In this document: one piece after another, positions 31,614-32,000 of the stretch | Layout: each line of letters starts with the position of its first letter | How positions within the stretch are numbered: position 1 is the first letter of the stretch | NCBI RefSeq assembly: GCF_003324675.1 | Contig: NZ_CP030918.1 | Location: forward strand, 2,340,001 to 2,372,000 | DNA from: Paracoccus suum | GTDB lineage: Bacteria; Pseudomonadota; Alphaproteobacteria; Rhodobacterales; Rhodobacteraceae | DNA length: 32,000 bases | Direction: 5' to 3' | The notes under the pieces: model-generated | What the model was told of the DNA's origin: nothing | Databases searched by the model: none | What the model saw: only the letters and a program-made list of their open reading frames with translations | Position numbers and translations under genes: made by a program

Positions 31614-32000
31614 ATGCCTCTGCTTCTCGGAGATATCGTTCCAGACTTCACCGCTGACACGACGCTCGGACCGATCTCGTTCCATGACTGGATCGGGGAT
31701 GACTGGGCCTTCTTCTTCAGCCACCCGGCGGACTTCACGCCGGTCTGCACCACCGAGATGGGCCGGACATCGCAACTCAGCGCCGAGTTCGACAAGCGCG
31801 GCGTCAAGCCGATCGGGCTCAGCACCGACACGGTCGACGAGCATCTGAAATGGATCGAGGATGTGAACGACACGCAGAACACGAGGCTGCGATTTCCCAT
31901 CGTCGCGGACCCGGATCTGAAGATCGCGCGGCTCTACGACATGATCCATCCGGCCCAGTCCGAGACCGCCGCCGTGCGCTCGGTCTTCATCATTGACAAC
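31614..32000 (+). CDS. 1-Cys peroxiredoxin (Prx6-type); the 3' end runs off the window
   Basis: It is not in the ORF track because it has no stop inside the window. The ATG at 31614 follows GAAAGGAAAC. My translation is MPLLLGDIVPDFTADTTLGPISFHDWIGDDWAFFFSHPADFTPVCTTEMGRTSQLSAEFDKRGVKPIGLSTD...RSVFIIDN, with the canonical PVCTTE peroxidatic-Cys motif. The 152-aa minus-strand ORF at 31491-31949 is its antisense shadow. Confidence 0.85.
   Translation, partial: MPLLLGDIVPDFTADTTLGPISFHDWIGDDWAFFFSHPADFTPVCTTEMGRTSQLSAEFDKRGVKPIGLSTDTVDEHLKWIEDVNDTQNTRLRFPIVADPDLKIARLYDMIHPAQSETAAVRSVFIIDN

Noticed and set aside
31491-31949. A 152-aa minus-strand ORF offered by the track.
   Set aside because: The plus strand here encodes a textbook 1-Cys peroxiredoxin N-terminus (FSHPADFTPVCTTE) with a good Shine-Dalgarno sequence. 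That gene is missing from the track only because it has no stop inside the window.
1-32000. CRISPR arrays, rRNA, intact tRNA, intact IS elements and integrases.
   Set aside because: I saw no regularly spaced direct repeats, no rRNA-like conserved stretches, no cloverleaf-compatible tRNA and no DDE or recombinase ORF on either strand. Reading by eye cannot exclude small or degenerate examples.

Overview
High-GC window. An alphaproteobacterial, Rhodobacterales-like origin is inferred from composition and gene content only. No tools were used: all family calls rest on motifs recognised by eye in the supplied translations, and start codons were refined by hand from ATG/GTG plus Shine-Dalgarno context.

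Layout, left to right:
1. 1-2.7 kb is a gene-decay zone. It holds a frameshifted, internally deleted M20 peptidase, a 5'-truncated LysR fragment and a Na+/H+ antiporter tail.
2. 2.76-12.1 kb is a MarR-controlled cyclic-amide (hydantoin-type) utilisation cluster. It comprises hyuA/hyuB (ATP-dependent hydantoinase/oxoprolinase family), a CUT2 sugar-type ABC importer and an M20 N-carbamoyl-amino-acid amidohydrolase, all tightly coupled.
3. 12.4-15.5 kb holds an orphan PotD/PotF-like binding protein, a 5'-truncated FAD oxidoreductase, a multiply frameshifted remnant and an AT-rich island.
4. 15.6-22.7 kb holds a DevBCA-type tripartite ABC exporter. It is preceded on the same strand by a secreted 4-EF-hand protein, a cytochrome b561 and a Met/Gly-rich 3-EF-hand protein, and the block is divergent from an OmpR/EnvZ-type two-component system.
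5. 22.8-30.2 kb is a nine-gene minus-strand sulfide/persulfide oxidation and sulfur-trafficking operon: DUF2892, two half-size YeeE/YedE, two MBL persulfide-dioxygenase paralogues, a bacterioferritin-like protein, a DUF442::type II SQR fusion, SulP-STAS and rhodanese.
6. 30.4-32.0 kb holds a translationally coupled Rrf2-Crp/Fnr regulator pair and a divergent 1-Cys peroxiredoxin that runs off the window.

The most interesting signal is a perfect 19-bp palindrome, TCAGTGACATTGTCACTGA, about 65 bp upstream of the sulfur operon. Sixteen of its 19 nt recur exactly in the rrf2/prx divergent promoter. The two sites bracket the Rrf2-Crp pair, and no known ArsR-type or sigma54-type persulfide sensor is present in the window. 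This suggests a sulfide/oxidant regulon that I do not recognise as characterised.

No CRISPR array, rRNA, intact tRNA or recognisable intact transposase was found.
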